Assembly: GCA_000165425.1 (NCBI GenBank)
Contig: CT868141.1
Coordinates: forward strand, 62,001-126,000
Direction of reading: 5' to 3'
Source: Paramecium tetraurelia
Taxonomy: Eukaryota
Length of the DNA: 64,000 nt
Below, piece by piece: positions 1 through 13,457 of the stretch. The translations under genes were made by a program, and so were the position numbers. The stretch's first letter is position 1. Each line of letters starts with the position of its first letter. Below the pieces are notes generated by a model. The model was not told the origin of the DNA, made no database searches, and was given only the letters and a program-made list of their open reading frames with translations.

Positions 1-1423
1 ATTAAATGGAATTAGAGAAAACTTTATATAGGGTTCAAGAACGAATTTTGACTCATTAATATGTTCCTTAATTCACAAATATTTGCAGCACGATTTTGCT
101 AAGTATGGCATCAATAAATTTGCTTATACTTTGGGGATTGAGTACCAGGAATATTAATTAAGTCGAATTTGATCAAAATCATAGGGATTATCTCTACCAT
201 TATACAATAGTTGATGGTGATAACACATTGCTAACAATGAAATATTCAAGCACCCCTGAATTATTGCACTTAAAAACAGAACTACTTTAATAGCACAATT
301 TCACAATTATCAACATTAATGTAGATTACAATAGTTTTTTTGAGAGTCACCTTTAAGCATTGCTTTCTTAAGCAACTAATTTAGAAACTGTATTCTTGCA
401 TGATGTTGCCTACTCAATAAATTCAAATATTTATGTGAAAAATAATTCTACAAATCAAACTTTCCATTGGAGATAAAAGTAAGATGTAGCTCAAAATTAC
501 ACTCAAAAAGTGTCTCAAAACTTATGGGAATTTGTTGTCATCACTTTAGGGTTGTTCATCTCCTCAGCTGTTTCATCACTCTATATTAAAATCACAATTA
601 TTTGTGCTCCAGTCATCATCATCATTATGCGTAACATATTATTATCATTATCAATTCTAGTTGAAGTATCTTATCTCTTTGGAAATAGACAAATATTCCC
701 AATATTTTTGGCACGAGCATTCCCCTGGATAGGACTATATTTAAATATTCTTGATAGAACACAACGCTCAAAGAAATAACTAATCATAGCTTTTACTTTA
801 ATGCTATTCCTGATTTATTTCATTTACTTGTCCTCCATTTTTATTGGAAGCTACTTATTATTTAAAGCTCAAGTTCCATATGGGCTGGAAGATAATTTTT
901 TTGGGTATCAATTAATTTAGATTTCTAAAGGTTAGTTACAGTCAATGAATTTGCCTCCTTATTGTTTTTGAGAACACGGACCTCTTTATACTTTGTACCA
1001 AAGTTCACTATCATATTCTATTACCTATTCCTGTGGTATGTTAGATCTACAAGTAAAATCACAACATTCATATTAGACTATGGTTTCTACTCACTTGCGA
1101 TGCTTTCACTATCTTATGCATGTTTCGGAACATTCTGCTTATTTATTTTCATCTATGAAATCCCTAGTTTAGGATGGAATCCTCTATCATTTTATACACC
1201 AACACTTGATAGGCCTCGCTGTTACTATTTACCAGTATTTTCAATGAATTGGGTTAATGAATTGCCATAACTGTGGACCATGTTTTACCCTTTGCATGGA
1301 AGAAGGTACATATTTATATATTTGATCAATAGATTTTTTCAAATTTAAAATTTAGCCTTAGTAGATCGAAACTTTCCACTTCTCAACAATCTCTTAGATA
1401 TTGAAATGCAAGAATAATAATGA
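1..1423 (+). CDS. Membralin (TMEM259)-like multi-pass membrane protein, 5' partial
   Basis: Ciliate-code translation gives hydrophobic helices and EFASLLFLRTRTSLYFVPKFTIIFYYLFLWYVRSTN-YGFYSLAMLSLSYACFGTFCLFIFIYEIP, resembling the membralin C-terminal core from memory. 24-nt intron 1053-1076; TGA at 1421-1423. Confidence 0.7.
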
Positions 1424-2082
1424 TATATATTAAAAGTCAATTAAATGCTTCTTATTTTAGTCTTAATTATCTTTTAATGGCATGTGTATAAATAAGGAGA
1501 ACTGATGAATTATTAGGTAGACATGCTTCGTTTCTTGGTTTCGTATTTTACTTGAGTTCTTATAATTTAGAATTATTATAATATTCATTTATTCATAAAT
1601 TATTTAAAAAAATATGGTGGCTTTGGTCTTTTATAATGTAATATTAATTAAGTCATACTCTAGCATAAGAAATTAAAGTTAATTGCTAAATACTTGATTC
1701 TTAAATAATATTGAGGTAGAATACAATGACATTGTATATGAAAAGAATTTAAAATGTTTTTGGTAGCGGTTTGATTATTGATATTGTTAATTTTTTGGAA
1801 AAAACGTTTATGTAAAACTTTTCTAAATTCCTAATAATTTTTTAAAATATTATTTATTATTCATATATTTTCTCATCAAATTAATTCATATTATCAAAAT
1901 AGATGATCCCTTAATACTAAATGCAAGAGGAATAATAATTATTATATATAGTTATTAAATTATTGATTAACTAATTAAATATTCAAATAAACAACTATTT
2001 TATATCGTTCTCTTAAAAAGATACTCTACTTCTCAATGTTGAAATAGGAATCAATTATTAGTTCATATTTCTTAATATAATT

Positions 2083-5000
2083 TCATAAATACTTATGTTA
2101 TTCTAGGGATATTTTAGAGCAGCATATCAGATACAACTTTAATTTTCCATAATTAATTTATATTTGTTTCTCCTTTTTTTTCAATGTTTGAATTCGATTA
2201 TTCAAAATCTAAACAAACCAAATATTAGATTTAACCTTCTTAATGCAGTTTAGAATCTATATTAAAAATTCTATCCTGTATCTTTTATAGTAGATGCTAA
2301 AAATTTTTAAAATGAAAGGTTAGCAAAGTTTGATCCATAAGATAATTAAAATCATTTACAAAAAAGTGGAGATGACAGGGTTTTATTAATCGCTCACATA
2401 TTGGACAGAGGCTAAAAATATTGATATCGAGCATATTTAGCATGTAGAGATGTCCAATATATTTAAACTATTTAGAATAAAAGGTTTATATTTCAAAGCC
2501 AAAGTTTAATATAACAATAAGCACAATCCCAGTAAGGAGGCCTTTAAAATTATATTTGTTTCAAAATAAATCATTATTAAAATAATGAGAGTTTTTTTCC
2601 AAATCTTAATTTATTCCCAAAAATATGAATTTTTGTTATATTCATTAAGCAAATAACAAATGTGCCTTCTAAATCTTACTTTTTCTATAGATTCCCTTCT
2701 AAAATAAATTAACATAAACAAAAATATTGGGATTCCTACACCAATCAAAATTAAACCTGGAAGGATAAACCAAATAATCCATCGAAAATGAGTTTAAGTA
2801 TTGAATAATAATGATACATTTCCTTAAACAAATTCAATTTCTGATATTCTTCTAATAGCTAACAAAGAACAAAACCTAACTTTAGAATTATATTATACTG
2901 TTTGATTAGAGTTGCATTATTTGATAGGTATAAATATAGAATTGTATTTGTTATTATGCTCATCTGAAAATATTCCTTTTTGATTATTGAATGAAGTTTA
3001 GCAACTAGAGTAAACAACACCAATTAGCAGATTATTACAATTATCATAGTAATTACTCTGGAGTATACTATATCCGTGTTTATTAAAGTTGATAAATAAC
3101 AATCTTAACTATTGGCTAAGACATAAGAAGAGTTGCTTGTTGATTCGAAAAATGTAATTGAGAATGGGAAATGAATATTGAAGCTATAGATAAGTGAGAA
3201 AATCCATAAATAGTTCAGTAGCATTTTAATTAAAAAACTCTGATGATCTATAAAACTATAAATGAAATAATACCTTGATTAAGTTTAAATATTATTCTTC
3301 TAAATCTCTATTTAAAACTCAAAGAGGAATATAATTGATTTGTTTTTTCTATGCTTCTTACTGATAATAAAATTGAAAGAAAAGACCTCGATATATTATT
3401 ATACTTTTACCATAAAAATACAAATACAAAGGGTAATAAATTAATCGATTCCTTTGGACATATGCTACATTCCATATTTGTATAACTTTTGATATATTAG
3501 CCATTTCCTCTAATATTATAAATATCACATTCTTCGCATAATCCTCCAATATGACCTAATAAGCATAAATTATCACTCACTCCCCAGCCTCCACTACAAA
3601 AGATAACATTTTTGAAGCATTATTCAGCTGAATCAGATAGATAGTTTGGTCTCCAATATCCAGGATTCAAATTAATTTAATTTGATGTGATATTCTTAAA
3701 TTTAGAGTTATCAAATATTGAACATTTGGTTGCATTATAAGTGACCGAATAATATCCTTGTATTGATTAACACTTTTAACAACCGTTATCTACATAATAT
3801 TCTCCTAATTAACATAAATAACTTTTAGCATAGATTACATATCTTAATCTTTTAGAACTGTACTGTGGATTACAATCAATCTGTATTTTTAGTTGAGTAT
3901 TTATATCTGAATAAGGATCTAATTGTAAAATTTGAGTTCCTAAATCATACTTTTTGCTTTAACTGTTAATTTATAAAACTTGGAAAGTTTCTGTTTCTTT
4001 TTTGAATACTCCATCTAAGGACACAACACTTTGTTTTAATTCACAAATTGAATCACCATAATTAGTCAACACTTCATTCATACTATTTCTCAATGATATG
4101 GAAATTTCACTAATTTATACAAAATAATCCAATTTTTGCATATTAAACAAACCGTAATTTCCTATTTATTGATTACTTGGTATCATCAAAATGGATGTTT
4201 TCATTTTCTAACCTTGTTGGATTGTTTCATAAAAGTTTAGTTACAGGATATTTGTTATAATTCCATCTTACTTATCTTAATAAAAGCTCATTTCTTAACT
4301 GTTTATTTCTAATTCTAAATGATCTGGTATTTCTATTAAATTATCACTATTTTCCAAGGCTTTATTCAATTACAAAATTGATCCATTAAAATTGACACTA
4401 TTTAAATCATTATTATTTCCATCCAAGTAAATTCCACCTCCAGAGTTAGCCTTATTTTCCATAATAATTGTATTTAAAAATTAAAATTAGTTTGAATTTG
4501 ATTCAATATATATAGCACCTCCCTTGGTTGATGCATTATTATTAAGAAAAATGCACTTCGAAATTACAATATGAATATAATGTGAAATAATTCCTGATCC
4601 TTAACTACCATTATTCTAAATAAATTAAGAATTCTAAATAATTATAGAACTATTTAAAGATGAATTAGTCATTATAGTAACACAACCATTTTTTAATAAC
4701 TTGTTCTAATAACAAAAAAGATTATTGATTTTGATTTTATTTACATTTTAAATATCTAAATATAACATTCCTAGGTAACAATTAGAACAGTCATTATTTT
4801 TGATAGTCAAAGAATTTAAAAACAATCTTGTTTCGTTAGTCCAACTCTAGATAAAAATCATTGATCCAATTTTGGATTACTATTCATTCAGTTAATTTAT
4901 AATTGAATACAAGTTATGATCGGATCTAATAAAATGAGATTTTTCAATTGTAGGAAAGCATATTGAAAATTAGGTGTTGGTGTTGATTAGATTTGTTATT

Positions 5001-8000
5001 ATAAACTAATGCTAATCAGTTTTAAATTATGCAAATTAACTGAATTCAATCTAACTAATTAATAATTAAATCTTATTAAGCCTACTCTACCCTATATAAA
5101 CTATATTGATTGAGACAAAAGTTTAAATGGTAGTAAAGTAAGTTTCAAATAATTGAAATTGAGAGGCATCAATAATCTACAATGCTGATGAAATAAGCAC
5201 CCCTTATACATTCAAATTAAAGATTTTAACAGAACTACCAAATACATTTATTATGGCATTATCATTAAGAATTTTCAGCATTTCAATTAAACTTAAGGTT
5301 CCAACAAATGTAAAATAGTTCAACCATGCATCCATTGTTTAGATAATCGTCATATTCTAAATTATAATACTATTGAGATTATTTTTATATTATTAGAAGT
5401 CAAGCTCTAAGTGAATGCATTCATTAAAGAGAGACTATTTTCAAGGTAAATATTCTTAAATGATAAGTTATTCTATTTCATTGATGGAAACAGAGTCAAA
5501 CAGGAAGAATCAAATTTGTTATAAACATTTATAAAACTAACGTTATTTAGTTCTAGTTATAATTAACTATTTTAGGAGTAAATAGTGATACTCCCATGTA
5601 TATCTAAAGTTTGAGTGAAGTCAACTTAGATATTCTTTAAACCAACTTCTTTGATACAAACTATACCCAAAAATTTTGTTATGATTTCTAATACAGCACT
5701 ACTTTGAGCTAAAATATTTTCGAAACTGCTTCCTTTTAATTAAAAATTAGAAGCAGTAATTTAAACTACTCCTCCTTTATTTTAGATCATTAAATAAGAT
5801 TTTATAACAAGCAAAATCTCTTCTTGCGTTAAAGATTATAAAAAATCTATTTGATAATACTTCTTGAAAATCTATTGATCAATAATATTGTGATTTTTTA
5901 CTGTCAAATTTTAAATAACAGTATTATCTGATTGAATTGAAAAGAAAGAATTAGATGAGTTTGTTAGCATATTGTTATAGCAAAAGCAATCTATCAATAC
6001 TATTCTGCTTAATTAAGAATTGATGTAAAATAAACTTGAGGATGAGATTGACAAGTCGTCAGAATATTAATTAAATATGTTTTCTATAAATGTCAAATTA
6101 GAAATTTCAATTACCTATTCTTTTTCAGAATATATAGTTATCAAAGACAATAGGTTTCCAATTTTGTTCTTCAATAATATATTATTCGAAAATTTTAAAT
6201 TTTGGATATTAATCAATTCTAATAGATTAGTTTAGTAAATGATATTCGAAAAAATAGAAATCAGACTCTAATCGATATTAAAATGGTTTTGAATTGATAT
6301 ATTCTATAATGTTAAATTTTGAAACCCTTATAATTCAATTAATTGCTAATTTTACTCAATTTAATCAGAGCATGATAAGCTCATAGGTACTTTTTGTTGC
6401 TGCTAAGTATTAGCAAATAAAACGTTTTGAAAGAGGATATCTTGTGTTTGAAAAATATAAAAGATATTTTGATTTGGGCAATCTTTAATAATTATTCCAT
6501 TTACAAATAATAATTTTACATGTACATCAAATATATAATACTTCTATTTGTATAAAAAATCATCTTTATTGTTTAGAATATTGACAGTAGTCAAAATCAA
6601 TTTAAAACTATTTGAAATTAAATCTGAAGATACCTTGATTATTGAAGAATTATTGATTGAGTTTCTTATGATTTCAACATTATGAAATTCCATATTAATA
6701 TCATTCGTTTGATTTGCTTATTCTGATTTTATAAAGAGGGATCCAAGAAAATTATTATAACTTATATTTAAGTTTAAACAAAAAACTTTGAAATTGGTAA
6801 TAAAGACAGTTGAAAGTATGAGATGATTATTAGAAAACCTCATATCTTATATAGTTAAGCCAAAATTTTGAGGATTATTTACTAAAACAGATTGTTTAAG
6901 GGTGGTTTCAGTTACAGAAATTTTCTGAAATTGAACAAGGAATGATTCTGATTCTATCTCAAAAAAATTAAAAATCAAAGTATTGTAAAATAAGCAATTA
7001 ATAATCTCTAAATTATTCACGATAATTTTTTTTGGATTTCCTGAAAGTTAAATGAATTTAGAATTCGAGAAAGTGCAATTGATTATTTATAAGTTTTCTA
7101 TAAAAACTGTTTCTATGATACTATTGTATTTAATATTGAAAACAGTTGATTCACTAATAAGCAAATTTTTAAATATAACATTATGTAAAATGAATTCCTA
7201 ATAAATTGATCCATTTATTTGAAATTAAGATTAAATAAACTGGTCTTATGCTTAAAATGTAGTATCATTTATGATCAAACTCACTTTATTGGTAAATAAA
7301 TTAATTGTAAATGGAAAATACATGTAAAAATACATCTGAGAGATCTCAACTACTTCAAAATTTTAAATTTCGAGATCATAATGAAAATTTTAAGTAATTT
7401 TAACCGCCCCTATAATTTACATTTTGATGATCTATAAAGAAAATACTTCTTCCCTTAACCTATTGTTTATATACAGAGTATTCCCAAATACACAAAAAGC
7501 ATCAGCAGTTAACTGAGAAAAATTAAAAATGATCTATAGGACTTCAACTCCCATAGCATTAAGGTAGGCCTTATTTATATATTATTAATAATATGCTTCC
7601 GTTCCATAATTTAATCCATAAGATAATGTTGAACAATCTATTAGAAATTAAAGTTAATAACAATCCTAACAATTCGGATTGAAACAGTATTTAGCAATCT
7701 ATAAAATGGGGTTTATCCTAATATTGGGATCGGGTGCTGGTTACAAACATTTGTAAGTAATAGGAATAGTTGCTTCATTTAAAATAAAGTAGGGATTGAT
7801 AGCCTAATTCTAATTGATTTAATTACTTGAATTTCCTTTTTTGATCTTAATTAGCAGATCGAACATAATTATGGGCAAATTAAACAATTACCTTGATTTT
7901 TCGATCTATTAGGTAATCTATAGTAATTTAAGGGGCATCTTGTGCATTCAAAGATATTTTTTGAAGACTATGATATATCACATTATAGGCAATTAGAATC

Positions 8001-10939
8001 ACAATATTAAAAACATAAATTTTAGCTCAGTTAAAATCCCTATAAACATTCAATTGAGAGTTCTAACTTCTAATGTGGCATGTCCTATAAATAGTAATAA
8101 TATTAGTTAGGAAGGAATTACATCAAAAAACTCTGTATTAATTGAACCCAAGCATCAAATATATTTAGAATTCCTTCGGCAGTTATTTTAGAATTCGGAT
8201 TAATATTAGGAGAGCAATGACCTGTTTTAACAGAACTCTTGTAGCCTTCTTTGCAAATCACACACTTGATAATCTGTTATGGAGATAAAACACATTAAAG
8301 ACAATCTGCGATGTATTTTTGGCAATTAATAATTTCAGGTGCAATATTGAAATCATCAATTTAAGATAATGTGCAAATTTCTATTCCTTCTAAATTTATA
8401 AAGGATCTTAAACAATACTGAAGAGTAGGTTTTTAATGTATGCAATATCCTTTTTAAAAATCAAATATAAAATTATCTTCGCACAATGCACATCCTACTT
8501 AATGATTCTCGTCTTTATTAAATTCTTCAAAATCTTTATACAAAGTGCATTTTGTTAAATCCTGCCTATTATATTCGAAACAAAATTTACACTGATTTAT
8601 AGTACAGATTTTACATTATTTATTTGATGTTATATAATAAGGAGAAACGCAATCATTAGTATTTGAATAACCTGTAACATTATTATATCGATTACAAAAG
8701 CCTTCATTTAGGGATAATTTAAATATACAAGCAAGGCAAATTAGTCCATTGAATTAGACTACACAAACTTCACAGAGATTTAAATTGCAAGGATAACAAT
8801 AGGGGTCATATTAATTTAAGAAGTAATTTCTTTAACAAATTTCCTTTTGAATCAAAAATTAATTGGAGAAATCCTGATAAATTATGGAATCAGATTAAAA
8901 ATTTGTTTAATCGCAATCTTTACACAACAGGAGTTAATCATCAATTAAAATATAGTATTCTTTAGTATCTTGAATAATTGTATTATATGTATTATCTGCA
9001 ATGGTATATAGATATGATTAACAATAAAGTTCAGATTTCCAATTAAGAGGATTAAAGATACATTCTAAACATGTAATAAGATTAGATTTGATAAGCGAAG
9101 GACTATAAAAATGATAACTATTTATTATACCATTTGATACAAGTTTATGAATCCATATAAAAGTATCCATATTCGCATTCTATTTCAGTTTTTGTATATT
9201 CAATAATTTGAATTTGAAATTGTTCTTTTGAATAACAAAAATCCTAATCGATTTCGTTATAGTGACAAACACAAGCCTTTTCTGTGGGAATATAAATTCT
9301 ATTGGAATTATGAGAACATGATATACAATCAGAATTGGTTGGTCCATCACATTATTCACAACTTAGATGACACCTTTTATTAACTAAAGTGGTATCGCAA
9401 TTATAAAAATGGAAATTTTCAATCTAAACATTTAAGTAATTTTCAGATTCCTAATTTACATTTCCATAATGAATTTGAAATTAAACTTCATTAAAATGAT
9501 TTACGTTTAACTAATCTGAATATTAATATTAATCTTCTTCATTATAAAATGTAATCATTATTTATAACACCTTCTATTATAATGTAACTTATAAATAGTG
9601 CCATAAATAAATGTCATTCTAAATTTCGATTTCCCTTATAATTAAAAATGGATTATCCGTAAAATCTATGTTGACAATTGGAAATGTGTAACTATAAGTC
9701 ATTATTAATATCTCATATTTATTTTGTGATAAGATTCTGTAAAGCAATTAAAAAGCCGATAAATTATCATCATTAAACTTTAAATTCTAACTGAACTTAT
9801 TCATTTTCAAAAATTAATAATCGAAATTATCACTTATTTTATGTATTTCCTTTATTCTTAACCATCCTGATAATCCAAATGAATCACAATTTCCATTTTC
9901 AGACGTAAAATATCGTTAATCAAGCCAAATAAGGATTTCATTTTCGATCTTATCATTTATATTTGATTCACAGTTACAAATATAAAGTTCTCCAAAAGTA
10001 TCAACTGCTATTGCTAATCCATTCCTGTCAAAACTCATAATTTAAGACAATAAGAAAACATAATACAATTTTCCTGGAAAGAATGATAATTGCTTGCTAC
10101 CTTGCATACTCTAAAGAATCTCATCATTTGAAAGTATCAATCCACCTCCAAAAGTCATTAGTTAATTTAAACTCCTGAAAGGGCAAATAATTTATAAGAT
10201 TTTTGTAAAGATTGTATCTGGGTGAAGTATAAATAGCAATTCACACCTTTTTTCTAATGGCCATTAGACAATCGAAATGAAATACCATCTATTTTCATAT
10301 TCCCATTAATCTAATTTTATATCATAGCTGTGAAATATTCCATCATAATCAAAAAACTAAATGACTTTTGTTATTTTCTTCTCATCAAAATCAAGACAGT
10401 CAAAGTAAATTAAATCTATCTTCACAGTTGAAGAATCAACTGAATTGTGTAAATGATAACAATTACTATCAAAAATACCTATTTTACCAATTTAACTTAT
10501 CTGTCTTAAAGGCAAGTATTTACTCCACAACCCATATGAAAAATATTAATTGCTGGCCAAGTCCTCTAATTTAAAGGATAACTCTTAGGTTTGTATTTAA
10601 TAATCTTAACTTAAGTCCATTATAAAGTCACAAGAAAAACAAAAGATTAATATCAAGTAAGGTATCAGATGAGTCATTTATTAATGATTAATTTTATTTA
10701 TGAAAAGCTCGTTTAATTAATTAGATTCAAAACTAAAAATAAATTTGTAATCTCTCTTTTGAAGTTTGATTTCAATATTAAATTTTGAATATACTATGAC
10801 AATAAATGACCCCTTTATTATATTTCAACATCATTTTCTAAAATTCAGAAATTTAGTACCAAATTACTGCCAACAATTATTCTGTATCAAGATTATTTGA
10901 AAGAAGAGAGAAAAAATAGAGTAAATAAAAAAGTTTCAT
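2083..10939 (-). CDS. Giant Cys-rich / beta-helix surface protein with C-terminal multi-TM domain (family copy A, ~2,900 aa)
   Basis: ATG at 10939 gives signal-like MKLFYLLYFFSLLS. LamG-like SGWLRI..TYSYTFP..WHYL; CxxC repeats; GGAIYI and GGGIYL motifs; GYWRP..CSGGWG..GHIGGLCEECDIYNIRG; then TM helices with YLLNEYNKNSYFWEQIK. 3' end uncertain: TGA at 2083-2085, or further out if a 22-nt intron is spliced. Confidence 0.8.
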
Positions 10940-10969
10940 TGTAATTAATGATTTTTAATTATTAGTATT

Positions 10970-10990
10970 TATATATGTATATATATATAT
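10970..10990. repeat. (TA)n microsatellite between the giant gene start and the 5S gene
   Basis: tatatatgtatatatatatat. Confidence 0.6.
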
Positions 10991-11042
10991 GGAAACTAAG
11001 TTTAACTACGTGATATAAAAGAGAGAGCATATAGTAAATATC

Positions 11043-11162
11043 GTTGTCGGCCATACTAAGCCTAAAGCACCGGATCCCATTCGAACTCCGAAGTTAAGCG
11101 GCTTAAGGCGAGGTTAGTACTAAGGTGGGGGACCGCTTGGGAAGTCCTCGTGTTGACAACCC
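11043..11162 (+). rRNA. 5S rRNA: 5S ribosomal RNA gene (solitary copy)
   Basis: ~120-nt GC-rich island GTTGTCGGCCATACTAAG...CCGGATCCCATTCGAACTCCGAAGTTAAGC...TTAGTACT...GGGAAGTCC...TTGACAAC with complementary 5'/3' ends (helix I), conserved eukaryotic 5S loops and a downstream T-run. Confidence 0.97.
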
Positions 11163-11168
11163 CTTTTT
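11163..11168 (+). terminator. Pol III oligo(T) terminator of the 5S gene
   Basis: T-run directly after the 5S 3' end. Confidence 0.7.
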
Positions 11169-11265
11169 ATATTTTTAATTAAATAAATTTTATTTAATTA
11201 AAATGCATAAACAACGATTAATTATTTTTTGTGTTCTTAAGATCATTATATATTAAAATTTGAGG

Positions 11266-12916
11266 ATGTTTCAACTTAATCAAAGTCATATTAAGTACCA
11301 CAATCAATTTGGTGCCACTTCTGCAGTGTATTTCTCATCGCAACAAACTCAGAGAGACAAAGTATAAAATTGCGAAACATCATCTAGCCTTCATAGACAA
11401 GAGACGGGTCTGAAATCAAATAGTTGATTTAATATCCAGCTTCTCAAATAGTTTATGGTCCATCAATGAAATTCAATTCGCCAGTGCATAGCAACATAGC
11501 CTTTCGCAAAACATCAAAAGAGTTAAATATTACAATAGAGGATTCTACGATGTGCCAATAATTACGCTAACCATCTCCAACTGTCAAAAAACAAAGAGAA
11601 CAGATGGAAAAGGATTGGAATAAATTGATTGACAAATCTAAGAGTCTCTAAGATAATTTAGTATTGCTAAAAAATAATATCAGTATGAATCTTAACAAAA
11701 AGTAATCAGATCAACGTTAAACCAAAGAATCAACATCTACAGCTGCTGGTTTATCATCAAGGATGAAATTGCAGAAAGTAAATGTCTCCTGTAAATTAAA
11801 CTCTCCATTTAAGGTTCAACCGAAAATAGCAGCATGTAAGAGTTTAAGTCACAATGCATTTGGCAATCTTAAATTTACTGCAAGTGCTGGTAAAAACCCA
11901 ACTGTGTTAAACACTACAAGTGCTATTAATTATGTCAATAAGAACAACAATTACGTTAAGAAGTTATTGGATGAGCATCAAACTCAAAAAGTGATTACCT
12001 AAAATCTAATGCCAAAATAAACTAATCCCCTTTATATTTAAATAGAAAATAAGTTGAAATTAAAAATAGGGGCATTCTTGGGAAGGGGTAAATTTAGTGA
12101 TGTTCATATGGCTATTGACAATAGGACTGGACTTGTTTTTGCATTAAAAATTATCAAAAAGTAAACTGTTATTGAGCATTAAATGCAAGAATAATTAGCA
12201 AGAGAAATAGTGATATAATCCAAATTATCCCATCCAAACATAGTCAAAATGTTTGGGCATTGTTACGATCAATAATATATATACATGATGTTAGAGTTCT
12301 GCAATAATGGAGAGTTATTTCAGCATCAATATAAGTAGCCTAATAAAAGACTCAGTGAAAAGGAGGCTAGCAATTTAATAATGCAAATTCTCTCTGCCAT
12401 TCAATATATGCATAAGTAAGGATTTATGCATAGGGATTTAAAAACGGAAAACATTTTATTATCTCTTGTAAGAATTTACAATAACCTAGAATTACATTAA
12501 ATTATGCGATTTTGGTTGTGTTAGAGAAATACCTAAATTCGAAGACAGAAGGAATACCTTTTGTGGCACTGTAGACTATATTGCACCAGAAGTAATCAAG
12601 GATGAAGGTTATGATGAAAGATGCGATGCTTGGCAAATTGCTATTTTGGCTTATGAGCTTGTGGCTGGAAATACTCCATTTTCAGAATTTCCAAGAGATG
12701 ATGAAGCCATTATGGAAAACATTTTAAAGGTATATTGTTTTTTTATTAATTTAGAATAAATTTGATCTTCCTAATTTCTTCTCATCTGCTTTGAAGGATT
12801 TTGTTAAGAGAGGGTTACAACAAAGTCCAGATTAGAGAATATCTATTGATTAAATGCTGTTACATAAGTGGATTATTGATAATAACAAGGCTACAGATAG
12901 AGAATATGCATTTTGA
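11266..12916 (+). CDS. Aurora-like Ser/Thr protein kinase with long N-terminal extension
   Basis: LGRGKFSDV, FALK, QLAREIVIQSKLSHPNIV, HRDLKTENILL, DFG, RRNTFCGTVDYIAPE; three tiny introns; TGA at 12914-12916. Confidence 0.88.
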
Positions 12917-13109
12917 TCGTTGTGATCTTCTATTTTGTAATCTCATTTGTATATATATTACAAATAATTAAATTTTTCATTTTCTTTAAACTTTAGAAAT
13001 CCTCCTTTAAATTCTAATTTGAATCAAGTTATTACAAATAATTGTATAGAAACCATAGAAAAAATTTAGTAAAGTAATTTGTTATATAAAGTCAAATCAT
13101 TATCAATCC

Positions 13110-13346
13110 TCAGCTAATTTCACAACATTGAGATGGTTTTTTTCTAAAATCATTCAAATTGTGATGTTTCCAACAGTCTACAAGAATAGTCTTATGAACT
13201 GTTGTGCCAACAACCACATCATCGATAAATGTAACTGAATGCAACTTAAATCCTCTCAAAATTGGATGACCTTATCTATCAATCCGAAATCTCTAACTTA
13301 ACCTTTTTGAGCTTAATCTTGTCTATGACATACTAGGAATGTCCAT
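13110..13346 (-). CDS. 78-aa microprotein with RVxF-like (HSVTF) and C-terminal CCEIS motifs
   Basis: Intronless ATG-to-TGA frame of 237 nt: MDIPSMSQTRLSSKRLSQRFRIDRQGHPILRGFKLHSVTFIDDVVVGTTVHKTILVDCWKHHNLNDFRKKPSQCCEIS. Confidence 0.7.
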
Positions 13347-13457
13347 TTACATTATTTTATATTTTAATATATATAAATTAATAAACAGGAACAACAAAAC
13401 ATAAATGCATATAATTACAATATGAATTTTGATGTAAATGGTATTCAAAAGTAGAGT

